Assembly: GCA_945862265.1 (NCBI GenBank)
Contig: CAMAXP010000033.1
Coordinates: 16,344 to 48,343, forward strand
Source: Bordetella parapertussis
GTDB taxonomy: Bacteria > Pseudomonadota > Gammaproteobacteria > Burkholderiales > SG8-39
Length of the DNA stretch: 32,000 bases
Direction: 5' to 3'
The notes under the pieces are model-generated. The model was not told the origin of the DNA. It searched no databases and worked only from the letters and a program-made list of their open reading frames with translations. Position numbers and translations under genes: made by a program. Shown here in pieces: positions 1 to 14,375 of this stretch (positions are counted from its first letter, which is position 1; every line of letters begins with the position of its first letter).

Positions 1-4121
<4,121 letters not shown>

Positions 4122-4122
<1 letters not shown>

Positions 4123-5579
4123 TGGGCAAAATCACCGGATTTCTCGAACATCAGCGCCTCAACGAAGCCGCCGAGGCGCCCGAGGCGCGCACGAAACACT
4201 ACCGCGAGTTCGTCATGCACCTTTCGGAGGACGAGGCCAAGGTGCAGGGCGCGCGCTGCATGGATTGTGGCATCCCGTTCTGCATGAGCGGCTGCCCGGT
4301 GAACAACATCATCCCGGACTTCAACGACCTGGTGTTCAAGGCCGACTGGGAAAAGGCGATCGAGACCCTGCACTCGACCAACAATTTCCCCGAGTTCACC
4401 GGCCGCGTCTGCCCGGCGCCTTGCGAGGAAGCCTGCACGCTGCGCATCAATAGCGACGCAGTGGGCATCAAGTCGATCGAACACGCGATCATCGACCGCG
4501 CGTGGGAAGAAGGCTGGGTCAAGCCGCAGGTGGCGCCCGCCAAGACCGGCAAGCGCATTGCGGTCGTTGGCTCGGGCCCGGCCGGTATGGCCGCGGCCCA
4601 GCAGTTGGCGCGTGCCGGGCACGATGTGGTGCTGTTCGAGAAGAACGACCGCATCGGCGGCCTGCTGCGCTATGGCATTCCCGACTTCAAGATGGAGAAG
4701 AGCCTCATCGACCGTCGCGTGGAGCAGATGCAGGTCGAAGGGGTGGAGTTCAGGACCAACCACGTAGTCGGCAAGGCCCCGGTAGGCGCGGGCAATGCCG
4801 CCGCCAAGGCCCTTGACCCGGCGACGATTGCCGACGAGTTCGATGCCGTGGTGCTGACCGGTGGCGCCGAATTGGCGCGTGACCTGCCCGTGCCGGGGCG
4901 CGACCTCGACGGCGTGCACTTCGCGATGGACTTCCTGCCGCTGCAGAATCGGCGCGTCGCCGGCGATGGCAAGGTGGAAGACCTCTGGGCCACCGGCAAG
5001 CACGTGGTGATCATCGGCGGCGGCGATACGGGTTCGGACTGCGTGGGCACGTCCAACCGGCACGGCGCCGCGTCCGTCACGCAGTTCGAACTGATGCCGA
5101 TGCCACCCGACCTGGACAAGAACCCGGTGTGGCCGTACTGGCCGCTGCGGCTGCGCACCTCCTCCTCGCATGAAGAAGGCGCGGAGCGCGACTGGGCCGT
5201 GGCAACCAAGCGGCTCGAGGGCGAGAACGGCAAGGTCAAGAAGCTGGTTGCCGTGCGCGTCGAATGGAAGGACGGCAAGATGCAGGAAGTCCCGGGCTCG
5301 GAGTTCGATATGCCGGCCGACCTCGTGCTGCTTGCGATGGGGTTCGTTTCGCCGGTGCAGTCGCTGCTGGAGTCGTTCGGGGTGCAGAAGGATGCGCGTG
5401 GCAATGCCGCGGCGACCACCGACGGCAACGGTTGCTACGCCACCAGCGTTCCCAAGGTGTTTGCGGCGGGCGATATCCGTCGTGGACAGTCGCTGGTGGT
5501 CTGGGCGATCCGCGAAGGGCGCCAGTGTGCGCGGGCGGTCGATGAATTCCTGATGGGCACGTCGGACCTTCCGCGGTAG
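4122..5579 (+). CDS. gltD: Glutamate synthase small subunit (NADPH-dependent)
   Basis: ATG at 4122 overlaps the gltB stop (TAATG). The protein begins [10 protein letters not shown]. It has Cys clusters CMDCGIPFC and CPAPCEEAC and two dinucleotide folds ([27 protein letters not shown]). The ORF-track extension back to 3924 lies inside gltB and is not used. Confidence 0.95.
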
Positions 5580-5604
5580 ACCTTAGCACTGCCCCGTTGC
5601 CCTG

Positions 5605-5639
5605 AAAGCCCCTGACCGCAAAGTCCGGGGCTTTTTATT
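5605..5639 (+). terminator. Rho-independent terminator after gltD
   Basis: Hairpin aaaGCCCCtGAC-cgcaaa-GTCcGGGGCttt (stem 5608-5616 with 5623-5631) followed by a T-run at 5632-5636. Confidence 0.7.
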
Positions 5640-5659
5640 CTGACCAAGGAGACCTGACG

Positions 5660-6280
5660 ATGCTGAAGCTTTTCTATTCCCCGGGCGCCTGCTCGCTCGC
5701 CTCGCACATCGCGCTGGAAGAAGCCGGTGCGCCGTACGAACTCATGCGCCTCAATTTCAAGGCTGACGACCAGAGGAAACCGGAGTACCTCAAGGTCAAT
5801 CCCAAGGGCAGGGTGCCCGCACTGGTCACCGACCGCGGCACTCTCACCGAGTCCCCGGCGATCCTTGCGTATATAGCGCAGACCTTTCCGGCCGCGAAAC
5901 TGGCACCCACCGATGCCTTCGATTTTGCCCGCGCGCAGGCCTTCAACAGCTACCTGTGTTCCACCGTCCACGTTTCCCATGCCCACCGCGTGCGGGGCAA
6001 TCGCTGGGTCGATGATCCCGCCGCGCTCAAGGAGATGCAGCGCAAGGTGCCCGAGACCGTCGGCGCCGCCTTCGCGCTGATCGAGAACGGCATGCTCGAA
6101 GGGCCGTGGGTGATGGGCAAGGACTACTCGATCTGTGATGGATACTTGTTCACGATGGCGCAGTGGATGGAGGGCGACGGGGTGGACCTGTCGAAGCTGC
6201 CGCGGGTGATGGAGCACCGCGCGCGGGTTGCGGAGCGGCCGGCGGTGAAGCGGGCGCTTGCGCAGGAGGCGGCAGCCTAG
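5660..6280 (+). CDS. Glutathione S-transferase family protein
   Basis: 206 aa. The N-terminal thioredoxin-like GST pattern is [23 protein letters not shown]...NPKGRVPAL...ESPAIL. SD AAGGAG at 5646-5651. Confidence 0.85.
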   Translation: MLKLFYSPGACSLASHIALEEAGAPYELMRLNFKADDQRKPEYLKVNPKGRVPALVTDRGTLTESPAILAYIAQTFPAAKLAPTDAFDFARAQAFNSYLCSTVHVSHAHRVRGNRWVDDPAALKEMQRKVPETVGAAFALIENGMLEGPWVMGKDYSICDGYLFTMAQWMEGDGVDLSKLPRVMEHRARVAERPAVKRALAQEAAA

Positions 6281-7413
6281 CTGTTAGGCTGCAGGCCCAG
6301 TCGGGCGGGTGAGAGCATCTGGGGGGTGAGGCCGAAGTGCACATAGCGCTCTGGAGTGGGCAGGCCTCGCACCAACGCAGCACAAGCCTCCCCCATCGCA
6401 GGCGAGGTCTGGATTCCATATCCGCCCTGCGCGGCGAGCCAGAAGAATCCCTTGCGCTCCGTGTCGTAGCCGCCGACGAGGTCGCCGTCTGCGACGAATG
6501 AACGCAGTCCCGCCCAGACCCGTGTCGGCCGCCGGATGCGCATGGTGGTGGCCTCTTCGATGCGTCCAATCCCGAGGGCAATGTCGTATTCCTCGGGCTG
6601 CACGTCCTGCGGGTCGACCGGGTCTTCGTTGGCGGGCGATCCGAGCAGCATGCCCGCGTCGGGCTTGAAGTAGAACGACTCGCCGGTGCCGAAGACCATG
6701 GGCCAGTGCGCGGTTTCCATACGCTCGGGGGGCGCGAAGATAAATGCCGAGCGGCGTTTTGGCTGCAATCCGATCTTGCGCGCGCCAGCGAGCTCGCCAA
6801 TCACGTCACACCAGGCGCCCGCGGCATTGATCACGATGGGTGCCCGATAGGCCATCCCACTAGCCTCGATCTCCCAGTCTGCGCCGATGCGTTCGCAGCG
6901 AGTGACTTCCGCGTTGCAAGTGATCTTGCCGCCTCGCGCTTTCAGTCCGCGCAAGTAGCCTTGATGGATTGCGTTCACGTCCATGTCCATCGGGTCCTGC
7001 TCTAGGACGGCCCGCAGGCCCGGCGCCAGCACCGGCACCCGTGCGCGTGCCGCGACTTCGTCGAGCCTTTCTACGTTCGGCGAGATGCCGCGGGCCGCCT
7101 CGTAGGCCTCGTCCAGCGCGGCCGTTTGATCGGCGGTTCCCACATACATCGCCCCGCGCGGCGAAAGCAGCGGATGTTCCGTGAAGCCTGGCGGAGGGGC
7201 CTCGAAGAAAGCGCGGCTCGCGCAGGTGAGTGCGCGCACCTGCTGTGTGCCGTAGCTTTCAATGAACAGGGCGGCCGAGCGCCCCGTGGTGTGATATCCG
7301 GGCTGCGATTCGCGCTCGAGGAGCAGGACGCGGCCATGTGGCGCGAGGAAGTACCCGATCGAAGCGCCGGCAATGCCCGCGCCGATGACGAGGAAGTCCG
7401 CCTGCTCGGCCAT
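6277..7413 (-). CDS. FAD-dependent oxidoreductase (DAO/amino-acid oxidase-type fold)
   Basis: N-terminal Rossmann motif [19 protein letters not shown]. It is the last gene of the minus-strand operon. The start is placed at MAEQADF (7413); the alternative upstream ATG at 7434 would overlap the preceding gene by 13 nt. Confidence 0.82.
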   Translation of the reverse strand: MAEQADFLVIGAGIAGASIGYFLAPHGRVLLLERESQPGYHTTGRSAALFIESYGTQQVRALTCASRAFFEAPPPGFTEHPLLSPRGAMYVGTADQTAALDEAYEAARGISPNVERLDEVAARARVPVLAPGLRAVLEQDPMDMDVNAIHQGYLRGLKARGGKITCNAEVTRCERIGADWEIEASGMAYRAPIVINAAGAWCDVIGELAGARKIGLQPKRRSAFIFAPPERMETAHWPMVFGTGESFYFKPDAGMLLGSPANEDPVDPQDVQPEEYDIALGIGRIEEATTMRIRRPTRVWAGLRSFVADGDLVGGYDTERKGFFWLAAQGGYGIQTSPAMGEACAALVRGLPTPERYVHFGLTPQMLSPARLGLQPNS

Positions 7414-7421
7414 CCCGGCGC

Positions 7422-8432
7422 CTACGCGCCCCATACCGCGCGCATCACGCGCATCCAGTTCTCGCCGAGGATCTTGCGGGTCTCGCTGGCGCTGTAGCCG
7501 TGCGCGAGGAGCTTGGTGGTGAGGTTCGGCATTTCCTTCGGCGTGCCCATGCCCGCCGGGTAGTAGTGCGGTGGCGGCGGATAGACCTCGGCGCTCCAGC
7601 GGCGTACGGCAAGCTGCTGCTGGTACATCTTCCGCGCCTCGGTTTCGTTCGCTACGGGATACATGCCCTCGTAGTAATCGATCCCGAGTGCTGCATGGTC
7701 GATGCCTACGAGTTCGACCACGTGATCGAGGTGCCTGAGGAAGTCATCGATGGTGGGCTTGGGCGAAGGACCGACGAAAGCCGGGAACCCATTGATCCCG
7801 ACCAGCCCGCCGGTCGCGGCTGCGGCCTTGATCTGTGCATCGCTGATATTGCGGGGGCAGGGGAACACGGCCGCCGAGTTGGCATGCGAGAAAACGAACG
7901 GCCGGGTGGACGCTTCGATCGCTTCAAGCGTCGTCCTTTCGCCGGTATGCGAGCCGTCCACGATGATGCGCATCTCGTTCAGTCGCTGCACCAGGTCGCG
8001 GCCGAAGCGCGAGAGGCCCGCGTTGCCGGCCTCCTCGCAGCCGTCGCCCACGCGATTGCGGATGTTGTAGGTGAGCTGCACCATGCGCACGCCGAGCGCG
8101 TGGTACGCGTCCACGAGGTCCAGGTCGTTCTCGATCGGGTCGGCGCCCTGGAAGTGGAAAACCAGCCCGAGCTTCTTGTCCTTCTTGGCTGCGGTGATGT
8201 CGGCCGCCTGCCTCACCAGCACGAGATCGGCGCGCGAGTTGATCAGGCGGTGCCAACTGCCGAGGTTGCGCAGCGTCTCTTCCGCTGACGCTGTACTGCC
8301 CACGGTCGGCGAGCAGGCCGTGACGCCGCCCTCGATATACCAGTCGACGAACTCCTTCCTGCGCAGCAGCGGGCAGGTGCCGTCGATGACGATGGATTCT
8401 TGGTGCAGCTCGGGTCCGGGGGGCGTAGTCAT
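7422..8432 (-). CDS. Peptidase M19 (renal/membrane dipeptidase) family homologue, atypical metal site
   Basis: 336 aa, collinear with my recollection of the DPEP1 family: VIDG..., LGVRMVQLTYN, IVDGSHTG, PFVFSHANSA, HLDHVVELVGIDH. See the finding on missing zinc ligands. Confidence 0.8.
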   Translation of the reverse strand: MTTPPGPELHQESIVIDGTCPLLRRKEFVDWYIEGGVTACSPTVGSTASAEETLRNLGSWHRLINSRADLVLVRQAADITAAKKDKKLGLVFHFQGADPIENDLDLVDAYHALGVRMVQLTYNIRNRVGDGCEEAGNAGLSRFGRDLVQRLNEMRIIVDGSHTGERTTLEAIEASTRPFVFSHANSAAVFPCPRNISDAQIKAAAATGGLVGINGFPAFVGPSPKPTIDDFLRHLDHVVELVGIDHAALGIDYYEGMYPVANETEARKMYQQQLAVRRWSAEVYPPPPHYYPAGMGTPKEMPNLTTKLLAHGYSASETRKILGENWMRVMRAVWGA

Positions 8433-8489
8433 GTCCCATGATACCGCCCCGGCCTCGTGAAGCGCTCGGGCGCGAAGGTCGACTGACCT

Positions 8490-9677
8490 TTACGGCCCGG
8501 CCAGGAACTCCACGGCCTTTGCCACCCCGTCACGCCCGAACGGGATCTTCTGCACGGTCATCGCCGCTTCGACGCCGGCGAGGCACCCGAGGATCATCGC
8601 CGGGTTCAGGTCGCCGAGGTGTCCGATGCGAAACCCGCGCCCGGTTTGCGGGCCGAGCGCCCCGGCTACCGCGACCTGGAAGCGCTCTCGCGCTACGGTG
8701 CGCATGGCCTCGGCGTCGTGCCCTGGCCGCAACTCAATCGTGGTGACTGAAACGGAACGCGCCTCGGGCGGGCGGCAATGGAAAAAGGGCGCCCCGTCCC
8801 GGCTCCATGCTTCGACGGCGGCATGCACCGCGCCCGACAGCAGCCGATGGCGCGCGAACACTTGTTCCAGGCCTTCCTGGAACAACAGCTCCAGAGCGGC
8901 CTCCACGCCAAAGAGCAGGTTCTGCGGCGGCGTGCCGCAGAACTTGTTGTAGCTGTAGGCCGCCTGGCGGCGCTTCAGGTCCCAGTAAAAGCGCGGGCCG
9001 CTGTTCTTCGCGACCCCGTCGCTGGCGCGCTTGTCGAGGGCGACGAACCCCAGGCCCGGCGGGGACATCAGTCCCTTTTGCGAGGCCCCGACGGCCACGT
9101 TGGCGCCCAGCTCGTCCATCGCAAACGGGGCGGCGGCGAGGGAGGCGACCACATCGACCACGAACAGCGCCGGATGGCCGGAGGCCTCGATCGCGGCCTT
9201 CATTGCGCGCAGGTCGTTGGTGGAGCTGCTTGCGGTGTCGGTGTGCACCGCAAATACGGCCGCGATTTCGCGCTTGGTGTCGGCGCGCAAGGCGGCCTCC
9301 ACGTCGTTCGGGTCGGCCGGGTAGCCTTCCCGGAACGGTGTGCGAATAGCGCGGCGCCCGAGCCCCTCCGTCTGCACCGCCCAGGATTCGGAGAAATGGC
9401 CAGTGCCCGGGATCAGCACTGTGCCACCCGGCGGGACGAGGTTCTCCACTGCGGCTTCCCAGGCGCCATGGCCGTTGGACGCGAACATGAATACGTCAGA
9501 CGCCTTGGTCTGCAGCACCCGCTTCAGGCCGACTTCGATCGTGTCGATCGTCTCGCCGAGGCGCGGGTCGCCGTGGTCCAGCGGCTGGCGGTGCATGGCG
9601 TTGAGCACTTCGGGCGGCACGTGCGTGGGGCCAGGGGAGTGCAAGAAGCGGATTCCGGGGATGCGTTTCATGGTCAT
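8490..9677 (-). CDS. Class V PLP aminotransferase (serine/alanine-glyoxylate aminotransferase-like)
   Basis: LHSPGPTHVPPEVLNAM N-terminal block and a PLP-lysine block GASQKGLMSPPGLGF. The start is placed at MTMKRIPG (9677; 9671 also possible). The ORF-track start at 9731 adds 18 poorly supported residues. Confidence 0.82.
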   Translation of the reverse strand: MTMKRIPGIRFLHSPGPTHVPPEVLNAMHRQPLDHGDPRLGETIDTIEVGLKRVLQTKASDVFMFASNGHGAWEAAVENLVPPGGTVLIPGTGHFSESWAVQTEGLGRRAIRTPFREGYPADPNDVEAALRADTKREIAAVFAVHTDTASSSTNDLRAMKAAIEASGHPALFVVDVVASLAAAPFAMDELGANVAVGASQKGLMSPPGLGFVALDKRASDGVAKNSGPRFYWDLKRRQAAYSYNKFCGTPPQNLLFGVEAALELLFQEGLEQVFARHRLLSGAVHAAVEAWSRDGAPFFHCRPPEARSVSVTTIELRPGHDAEAMRTVARERFQVAVAGALGPQTGRGFRIGHLGDLNPAMILGCLAGVEAAMTVQKIPFGRDGVAKAVEFLAGP

Positions 9678-9746
9678 TGGTTGGCAGCAATTTGACTGGA
9701 GATCGGCTCCAGACGTGGGGTTGGTCGGCAAAGTGGCAGCAATTGG

Positions 9747-9989
9747 CTAAGGTGCCTCACCCAGCGCTAGAGCCGCGAACGAGGCAAGCCAGTGCTCACC
9801 TACGTAGTCGCCGCCAGTCGACTGCGGCAGGCCGGCGGCGAGCCAGGGAACGAACTCTGCATCGGGCAGCACAGCGCTCATCAGCTGCGCCTCGGTGAGC
9901 AGGTGGTCAAGCTTGCGCGGGTACTCGCGCGTGACGTTGGCAAGGGCGGCGCGCGCAAAGGCGCCGCCCAGTTCGGGAGTCAGGGTCAC
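9747..9989 (-). pseudogene. Short DUF2891-like remnant (possible internal deletion), translationally coupled to phnE
   Basis: The GTG at 9989 overlaps the phnE stop (TAGTG). The N-terminus LTPELGGAFARAALANVTREYPRKLDHLL resembles the start of ~330-aa DUF2891 proteins as I recall them, but the ORF ends after about 80 aa. The ORF-track upstream extension to 10082 lies inside phnE. Confidence 0.35.
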
Positions 9990-10777
9990 TAGATCACGCG
10001 CTTCCGAATTTGGGTCACTACGATCTCGGCGGCGACCACCACGCAGAAAATCGCGAACAGCACCATCGCAACCCGATCCCACTGGAAAAGGTTCAGCGCA
10101 GTGTCGAGCGCCATGCCGATCCCGCCGGCGCCGACGAGGCCCAGTACGGCCGATTCGCGCACGTTGATGTCCCAGCGGAACAGCACCACCGACCAGAAGG
10201 ACGGCTCCACCTGCGGCCAGTAGCCCTTCGCCAGTACGGCCATCCAGGGCGCACCTGCGGCCTGCAGCGCCTCGATCGTGCCTGCGTTGGCTTCCTCGAG
10301 GGCCTCGCTGACCAGCTTGCCGACGAACCCGATCGAACGGAACGCGATGGCGAGCGTACCGGCCAGCGCGCCCGGTCCGAACACCGCGACAAACAGCAGC
10401 GCCCAGACCAGCGAGTTCACCGAGCGGCTGGACACCAGCAGCAGCTTGGCGAAGTAGTTGACCGCCCGATTCGGGGTGACGTTGTGCGCGGCGAGGAGCC
10501 CGATCGGCAGCGCCATCGCCACGGCGAGGATGGTGCCGAGGCTGGCGATGTGCAGCGTGTCCATCAGCGCGTCATGCACGCCTTTGGGATAGTGGTAGAA
10601 CGCGATCGGCCACATGCGCCTGAACAGGTCCTGCATCTGTTCGGGGGCGTCGTAGAGGAACTCCGGGATGACCTCGACGGCGCGCGCCGAGGCGACGATG
10701 GCGGCCACGATGAATACGTAGACCGACCAGCGCGCCGCACGCTGTGCCGCGCTGAAGCGATGCCAGGCCCGGCTCAT
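9989..10777 (-). CDS. phnE: Phosphonate-type ABC transporter permease
   Basis: PhnE-type C-terminal block EALQAAGAPWMAVLAKGYWPQVEPSFWSVVLFRWDINVRESAVLGLVGAGGIG. The start MSRAWHRF at 10777 overlaps the upstream stop (ATGA). Confidence 0.85.
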   Translation of the reverse strand: MSRAWHRFSAAQRAARWSVYVFIVAAIVASARAVEVIPEFLYDAPEQMQDLFRRMWPIAFYHYPKGVHDALMDTLHIASLGTILAVAMALPIGLLAAHNVTPNRAVNYFAKLLLVSSRSVNSLVWALLFVAVFGPGALAGTLAIAFRSIGFVGKLVSEALEEANAGTIEALQAAGAPWMAVLAKGYWPQVEPSFWSVVLFRWDINVRESAVLGLVGAGGIGMALDTALNLFQWDRVAMVLFAIFCVVVAAEIVVTQIRKRVI

Positions 10778-11568
10778 TCCCCGTCCACCCGGCCGCGCTC
10801 GAGGAACACGCCGCGCACCCAGGTCGCCAGCACTTCGCCGACCATGATCATGCCGATGATGCACAGGAGGATTGCACAGACGAAGTCGTAGTCGAAGCGC
10901 TGGAACGCGGCAAACAGCGTCCCGCCGATGCCGCCTGCGCCGACGATGCCGACCATGGTCGAATTGCGCAGGTTCGAGTCGAGCTGGTAGGTGGCAAAGC
11001 CGATAAAGCGCGAGAACACCTGCGGCAGCACGCCGTAGCCGATCAGGCTCATGAAGGGTGCGCCCGTGGCCCGCACCGCCTCCACCTGCTTAAGGGAGAT
11101 CTCCTCGATCGCTTCGGCGAACAGCTTGCCGATGAAACCGATCGAGGCGACCGACAGCGAAAGGATCCCCGCCAGCGCGCCGAACCCGACGGCCTTGACG
11201 AACAGGATTGCGACAATTACCGGGTGGAACGAGCGGCACAGCGCGATCAGCGCACGCGCCGGCCATGTCACCCACACGGGCATCAGGTTGCGTGCGGCGA
11301 AGAGGCCGATCGGCAGCGAGATGATGATGCCGAGGAACGAGGCCAGCACCGCGATTTCCAGGCTTTCGGTGAGACCCTTGAGCAGGGTATCGGGTTGCGC
11401 GATGTGCGGAGGCAGCATCCGGGCGATGAAGCGCGCGCCGTTGTCCAGGCCGGTCATGAACCTGGCCCAGGTGAACTCCAGGCGCGAGCATGCGTAGACA
11501 ATGTAGGCCGCCAGCGCGAGCCATGCCGCGGCAGTAAGCGGGCTGCGCGAAAACGCCCGCGGGGTCAC
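10774..11568 (-). CDS. phnE: Phosphonate-type ABC transporter permease
   Basis: 264 aa. PhnE-type block [53 protein letters not shown]. The GTG start overlaps the phnC stop (GTGA). Confidence 0.85.
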   Translation of the reverse strand: MTPRAFSRSPLTAAAWLALAAYIVYACSRLEFTWARFMTGLDNGARFIARMLPPHIAQPDTLLKGLTESLEIAVLASFLGIIISLPIGLFAARNLMPVWVTWPARALIALCRSFHPVIVAILFVKAVGFGALAGILSLSVASIGFIGKLFAEAIEEISLKQVEAVRATGAPFMSLIGYGVLPQVFSRFIGFATYQLDSNLRNSTMVGIVGAGGIGGTLFAAFQRFDYDFVCAILLCIIGMIMVGEVLATWVRGVFLERGRVDGE

Positions 11569-12326
11569 TGCAGCCAGCCTTCGCCGCCGTAGATCGTCTT
11601 CAGCATTGCATCGTCGAGGCCTGCAGGGCCTCCGTCGTACACGATCCTGCCGCCGGACATGCCGATGATCCGGTCGGCGAAGCGTTTTGCGAGTTCCACG
11701 TCATGCATGTTGATCATCACCGGGATGCCGTTGCCGCGGCATACCCCGCTGATCAGTTCCATGATCTCCACCGACGTCTTGGGATCCAGCGACGAGGTGG
11801 GTTCGTCCGCCAGCAGCAGCTTGGGTTCCTGCATGATCGCGCGGGCGATCCCCACGCGCTGGCGCTGGCCGCCCGAGAGGCTGTCGGCGCGCTGGTTGGC
11901 AAACCCCGCCAGGCCCACTGTGTCGAGCAGCGAAAAGGCCCGGTCGATGTCGGCCTGGGGGTACCTGCGCAGCCAGGCCTTCAACGGCGACACGTAGCCG
12001 AGGCGACCGCACAGCAGGTTCTCCATCACGGTGAGCCGCTCCACGAGGTTGTACTCCTGGAACACCATGCCGATCTGCCGGCGCGCGAGCCGCAAGCGTT
12101 TGCGGTCGAGCTTCACGAGGTCCTGGCCCTGGAAGTGGATCTCGCCGCCGCTCGGCTCGACCAGCCGGTTGACGCAGCGGATCAGCGTGGACTTGCCGGT
12201 GCCGGAGGGGCCGATGATCGCCGTGATGCCGGTGGCGCCGATCTCAAGCGAGACGTCACGCAGCACCGGTTTGCCGCGGGTGTACGCCTTTTCGAGGTTG
12301 CGGATCGAAAGCGCCGATGCGCTCAT
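11565..12326 (-). CDS. phnC: Phosphonate-type ABC transporter ATP-binding protein
   Basis: 253 aa from [15 protein letters not shown]. Walker [10 protein letters not shown], signature LSGGQRQRV, Walker [13 protein letters not shown], and the PhnC-like [26 protein letters not shown]. The ATG at 12326 overlaps the upstream stop (ATGA). The long ORF-track extension to 13409 is an out-of-frame read-through of the phnD gene. Confidence 0.92.
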   Translation of the reverse strand: MSASALSIRNLEKAYTRGKPVLRDVSLEIGATGITAIIGPSGTGKSTLIRCVNRLVEPSGGEIHFQGQDLVKLDRKRLRLARRQIGMVFQEYNLVERLTVMENLLCGRLGYVSPLKAWLRRYPQADIDRAFSLLDTVGLAGFANQRADSLSGGQRQRVGIARAIMQEPKLLLADEPTSSLDPKTSVEIMELISGVCRGNGIPVMINMHDVELAKRFADRIIGMSGGRIVYDGGPAGLDDAMLKTIYGGEGWLQ

Positions 12327-13318
12327 TTTTTTGCCGCCGCGCTGGCGCGAGCCTTTTCCTTCTCGAATGCCGTGGCCGTGAACGACTGGCCGCTGTCCTG
12401 CGCCACCTTGCGGATGATCTCCCAGTCCTTCCTGTAATCGATCGGCAGCCACCGGTCGGCGCCCTGGAAGCTCTTCACCATCTCGGGCGTATAGCGAAAG
12501 GCGTAGCTGCATTCGCGGATCTTCTGCTGCAGGGCCGGCGCGAGGTCGTGCGCCATCGACAGGCCGCCGGGCGGGAAACTGCGGCTCTTCCAGAGGATGC
12601 GGAAGTCGGACATTTTCACGAGCCCGCGCTCGGCCATGCGCACGAGGATGTCGTGCGCGATCGGGGCGGCGTCGAAGTCGCCCGCGGCCACGCCGGACAC
12701 CGAGTTCTCGTGCTTGCCCGAGAACAGCACCTTGTAGTCCTTGTCCGGCACCAGGCCCTCGGCCAGGAAGAGCGAGCGCGGCGCGAGGTTGCCGGAGTTG
12801 GAAGAGGGCGTGGTATGTGCGACGCGCTTGCCCTTGAGGTCGGAGAGCTTCTGGAACGGGCTGTCGGCCCTGACGATCATCCAGAGCTGGTAGCCCTGCG
12901 GGCCGTTTGCATCGCCCCGGATGCCGATCGGGATCGCACCGGCAACGTTGACTGCGAAGGCCGTGTCCCCGGACGACATCGTGCCCACGTGCATGCGCCC
13001 GGAACGCATCGCCTCGATCGCCGCCGCGCTGGAGAACACTTCGTAGTAGCGGAACTTGCGCGCCGTGCACTTGGCCAGGTGCTCGACGAAGGGCTCCATG
13101 AGTTTCCTGAACACCGCCGGGTCTTCGAGCGGCGAGTTGGAGAAGAACAACGTATCCGGGTCCTTGCGTCGCTTCGGGTCCTTGGGCGCGTCGGCCAGCA
13201 GGTCGCCGTCCTCGTCGCAGTAGGGCGTATCGAGTTCGCCGCGCTGCTTGCAGGCGTCCTGTGCGAGCGCCGGAAAGGCGAGTGCGAAGGCGGTGGCGAG
13301 AACCAGGGCGCGGATCAA
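12323..13318 (-). CDS. PhnD-family periplasmic substrate-binding protein, paralogue 1
   Basis: Signal peptide [19 protein letters not shown] and a PhnD-like anion-binding block [14 protein letters not shown]. The TTG start overlaps the upstream stop (TTGA). Confidence 0.82.
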   Translation of the reverse strand: MIRALVLATAFALAFPALAQDACKQRGELDTPYCDEDGDLLADAPKDPKRRKDPDTLFFSNSPLEDPAVFRKLMEPFVEHLAKCTARKFRYYEVFSSAAAIEAMRSGRMHVGTMSSGDTAFAVNVAGAIPIGIRGDANGPQGYQLWMIVRADSPFQKLSDLKGKRVAHTTPSSNSGNLAPRSLFLAEGLVPDKDYKVLFSGKHENSVSGVAAGDFDAAPIAHDILVRMAERGLVKMSDFRILWKSRSFPPGGLSMAHDLAPALQQKIRECSYAFRYTPEMVKSFQGADRWLPIDYRKDWEIIRKVAQDSGQSFTATAFEKEKARASAAAKK

Positions 13319-14352
13319 GGCTTCTTCGCCTTGTCTTCGGCGGCTTTCCTCTTCGCGTCTTCTTCGCGCTTCGATTCCTTCTCGTAGGCGGTGCGATTGA
13401 AGGCTTCACCGCCGGTTTCGGCGACCTTGCGCACCACCTCCCAGTCCTTCTTGTAGGTTGCCGGGAAGAACCGGTCCGCGCCGTCGAAGGCCTTTTTCAT
13501 TTCCTCGGTGAAACGGTAGTCGTAGAAGCACTTCAGCATCTTGTCGCGGAAGACCGGCTCGAGGTCATGTGCATACGAAAAGGACGAAGTCGGAAACTTG
13601 GGGCTCCGGTAGAGGATGCGGAACTTGTTCTCGTCGATCTGGCCGCGCACGCCCATGCGGTGAAACACGTCGGAGGCCACCGCGGCCGCGTCGTAGTCGC
13701 CGGAATTCACCCCCAATATCGACTGGTCGTGCTTGCCGGAGAACAGGATGGTGTAGTCCTTGCCCGGGGCGAGGCCCTCGTTCGGGAATAGCGCGACGGG
13801 CGCCATGTGGCCGGAGTTGGAGGAGGGCGCGGTATGCGCGACTTTCTTTCCCTTGAGGTCGGAGAGTTTCTGGAACGGGCTGTCCTTCTTCACCACCACG
13901 ATCAGGTTGTAACCCTGGAACTCTTTTTCGTAGCCCTTGACCGCGAACGGCACCGCCCCGGCGATGTTCACCGCAAACGCGGTCGGGCCGGTCGAGAACC
14001 CGCCCACGTGCAGGCGTCCGGATCGCATGGCCTCGATCTCGGCCGCGTTCGACTGCACCTGGTAGAACACCACGCGCTTGCCGGTGCAGCTGGCGAGGTG
14101 GTCGGTGAAGGGCTTGAACACCTTTTCGTAGACCGCTGGGTCTTCCACGGGCGTGTAGGTAAAGACCAGCGTGTTCGGGGTCTTCAGCTTCTTCGAGTCT
14201 TTCGGCGTGTCGGCGACCAGGTCGCCGTTTTCGTCGCAGTACTGCGGATCGAGGTCGCCGCGATTCTTGCAGGCGTCCTGGGCGAGCGCGCCTGCGGAAA
14301 ACAGCGTGGCTGCAACGGCCCAGAGGCCGGACTTCAGCAATGTGCGTTTCAT
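13315..14352 (-). CDS. PhnD-family periplasmic substrate-binding protein, paralogue 2
   Basis: The start [24 protein letters not shown] (ATG at 14352) is preceded by AAAGGGA. It contains the block [14 protein letters not shown]. The ORF-track extension to 14571 overlaps paralogue 3 and is rejected. Confidence 0.85.
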   Translation of the reverse strand: MKRTLLKSGLWAVAATLFSAGALAQDACKNRGDLDPQYCDENGDLVADTPKDSKKLKTPNTLVFTYTPVEDPAVYEKVFKPFTDHLASCTGKRVVFYQVQSNAAEIEAMRSGRLHVGGFSTGPTAFAVNIAGAVPFAVKGYEKEFQGYNLIVVVKKDSPFQKLSDLKGKKVAHTAPSSNSGHMAPVALFPNEGLAPGKDYTILFSGKHDQSILGVNSGDYDAAAVASDVFHRMGVRGQIDENKFRILYRSPKFPTSSFSYAHDLEPVFRDKMLKCFYDYRFTEEMKKAFDGADRFFPATYKKDWEVVRKVAETGGEAFNRTAYEKESKREEDAKRKAAEDKAKKP

Positions 14353-14375
14353 GTCGCGTCCCTTTATGCCAACGG

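Noticed and set aside
12327-13409. N-terminal 361-aa extension of the phnC ORF in the track (11565-13409). Similar upstream extensions exist for gltD (3924), glmS (16742), SBP2 (14571), phnE (10864) and the aminotransferase (9731).
   Set aside because: The extensions overlap the preceding genes out of frame and have low-complexity composition. Family-typical N-termini with start/stop overlaps or SDs are found at the internal starts used here.
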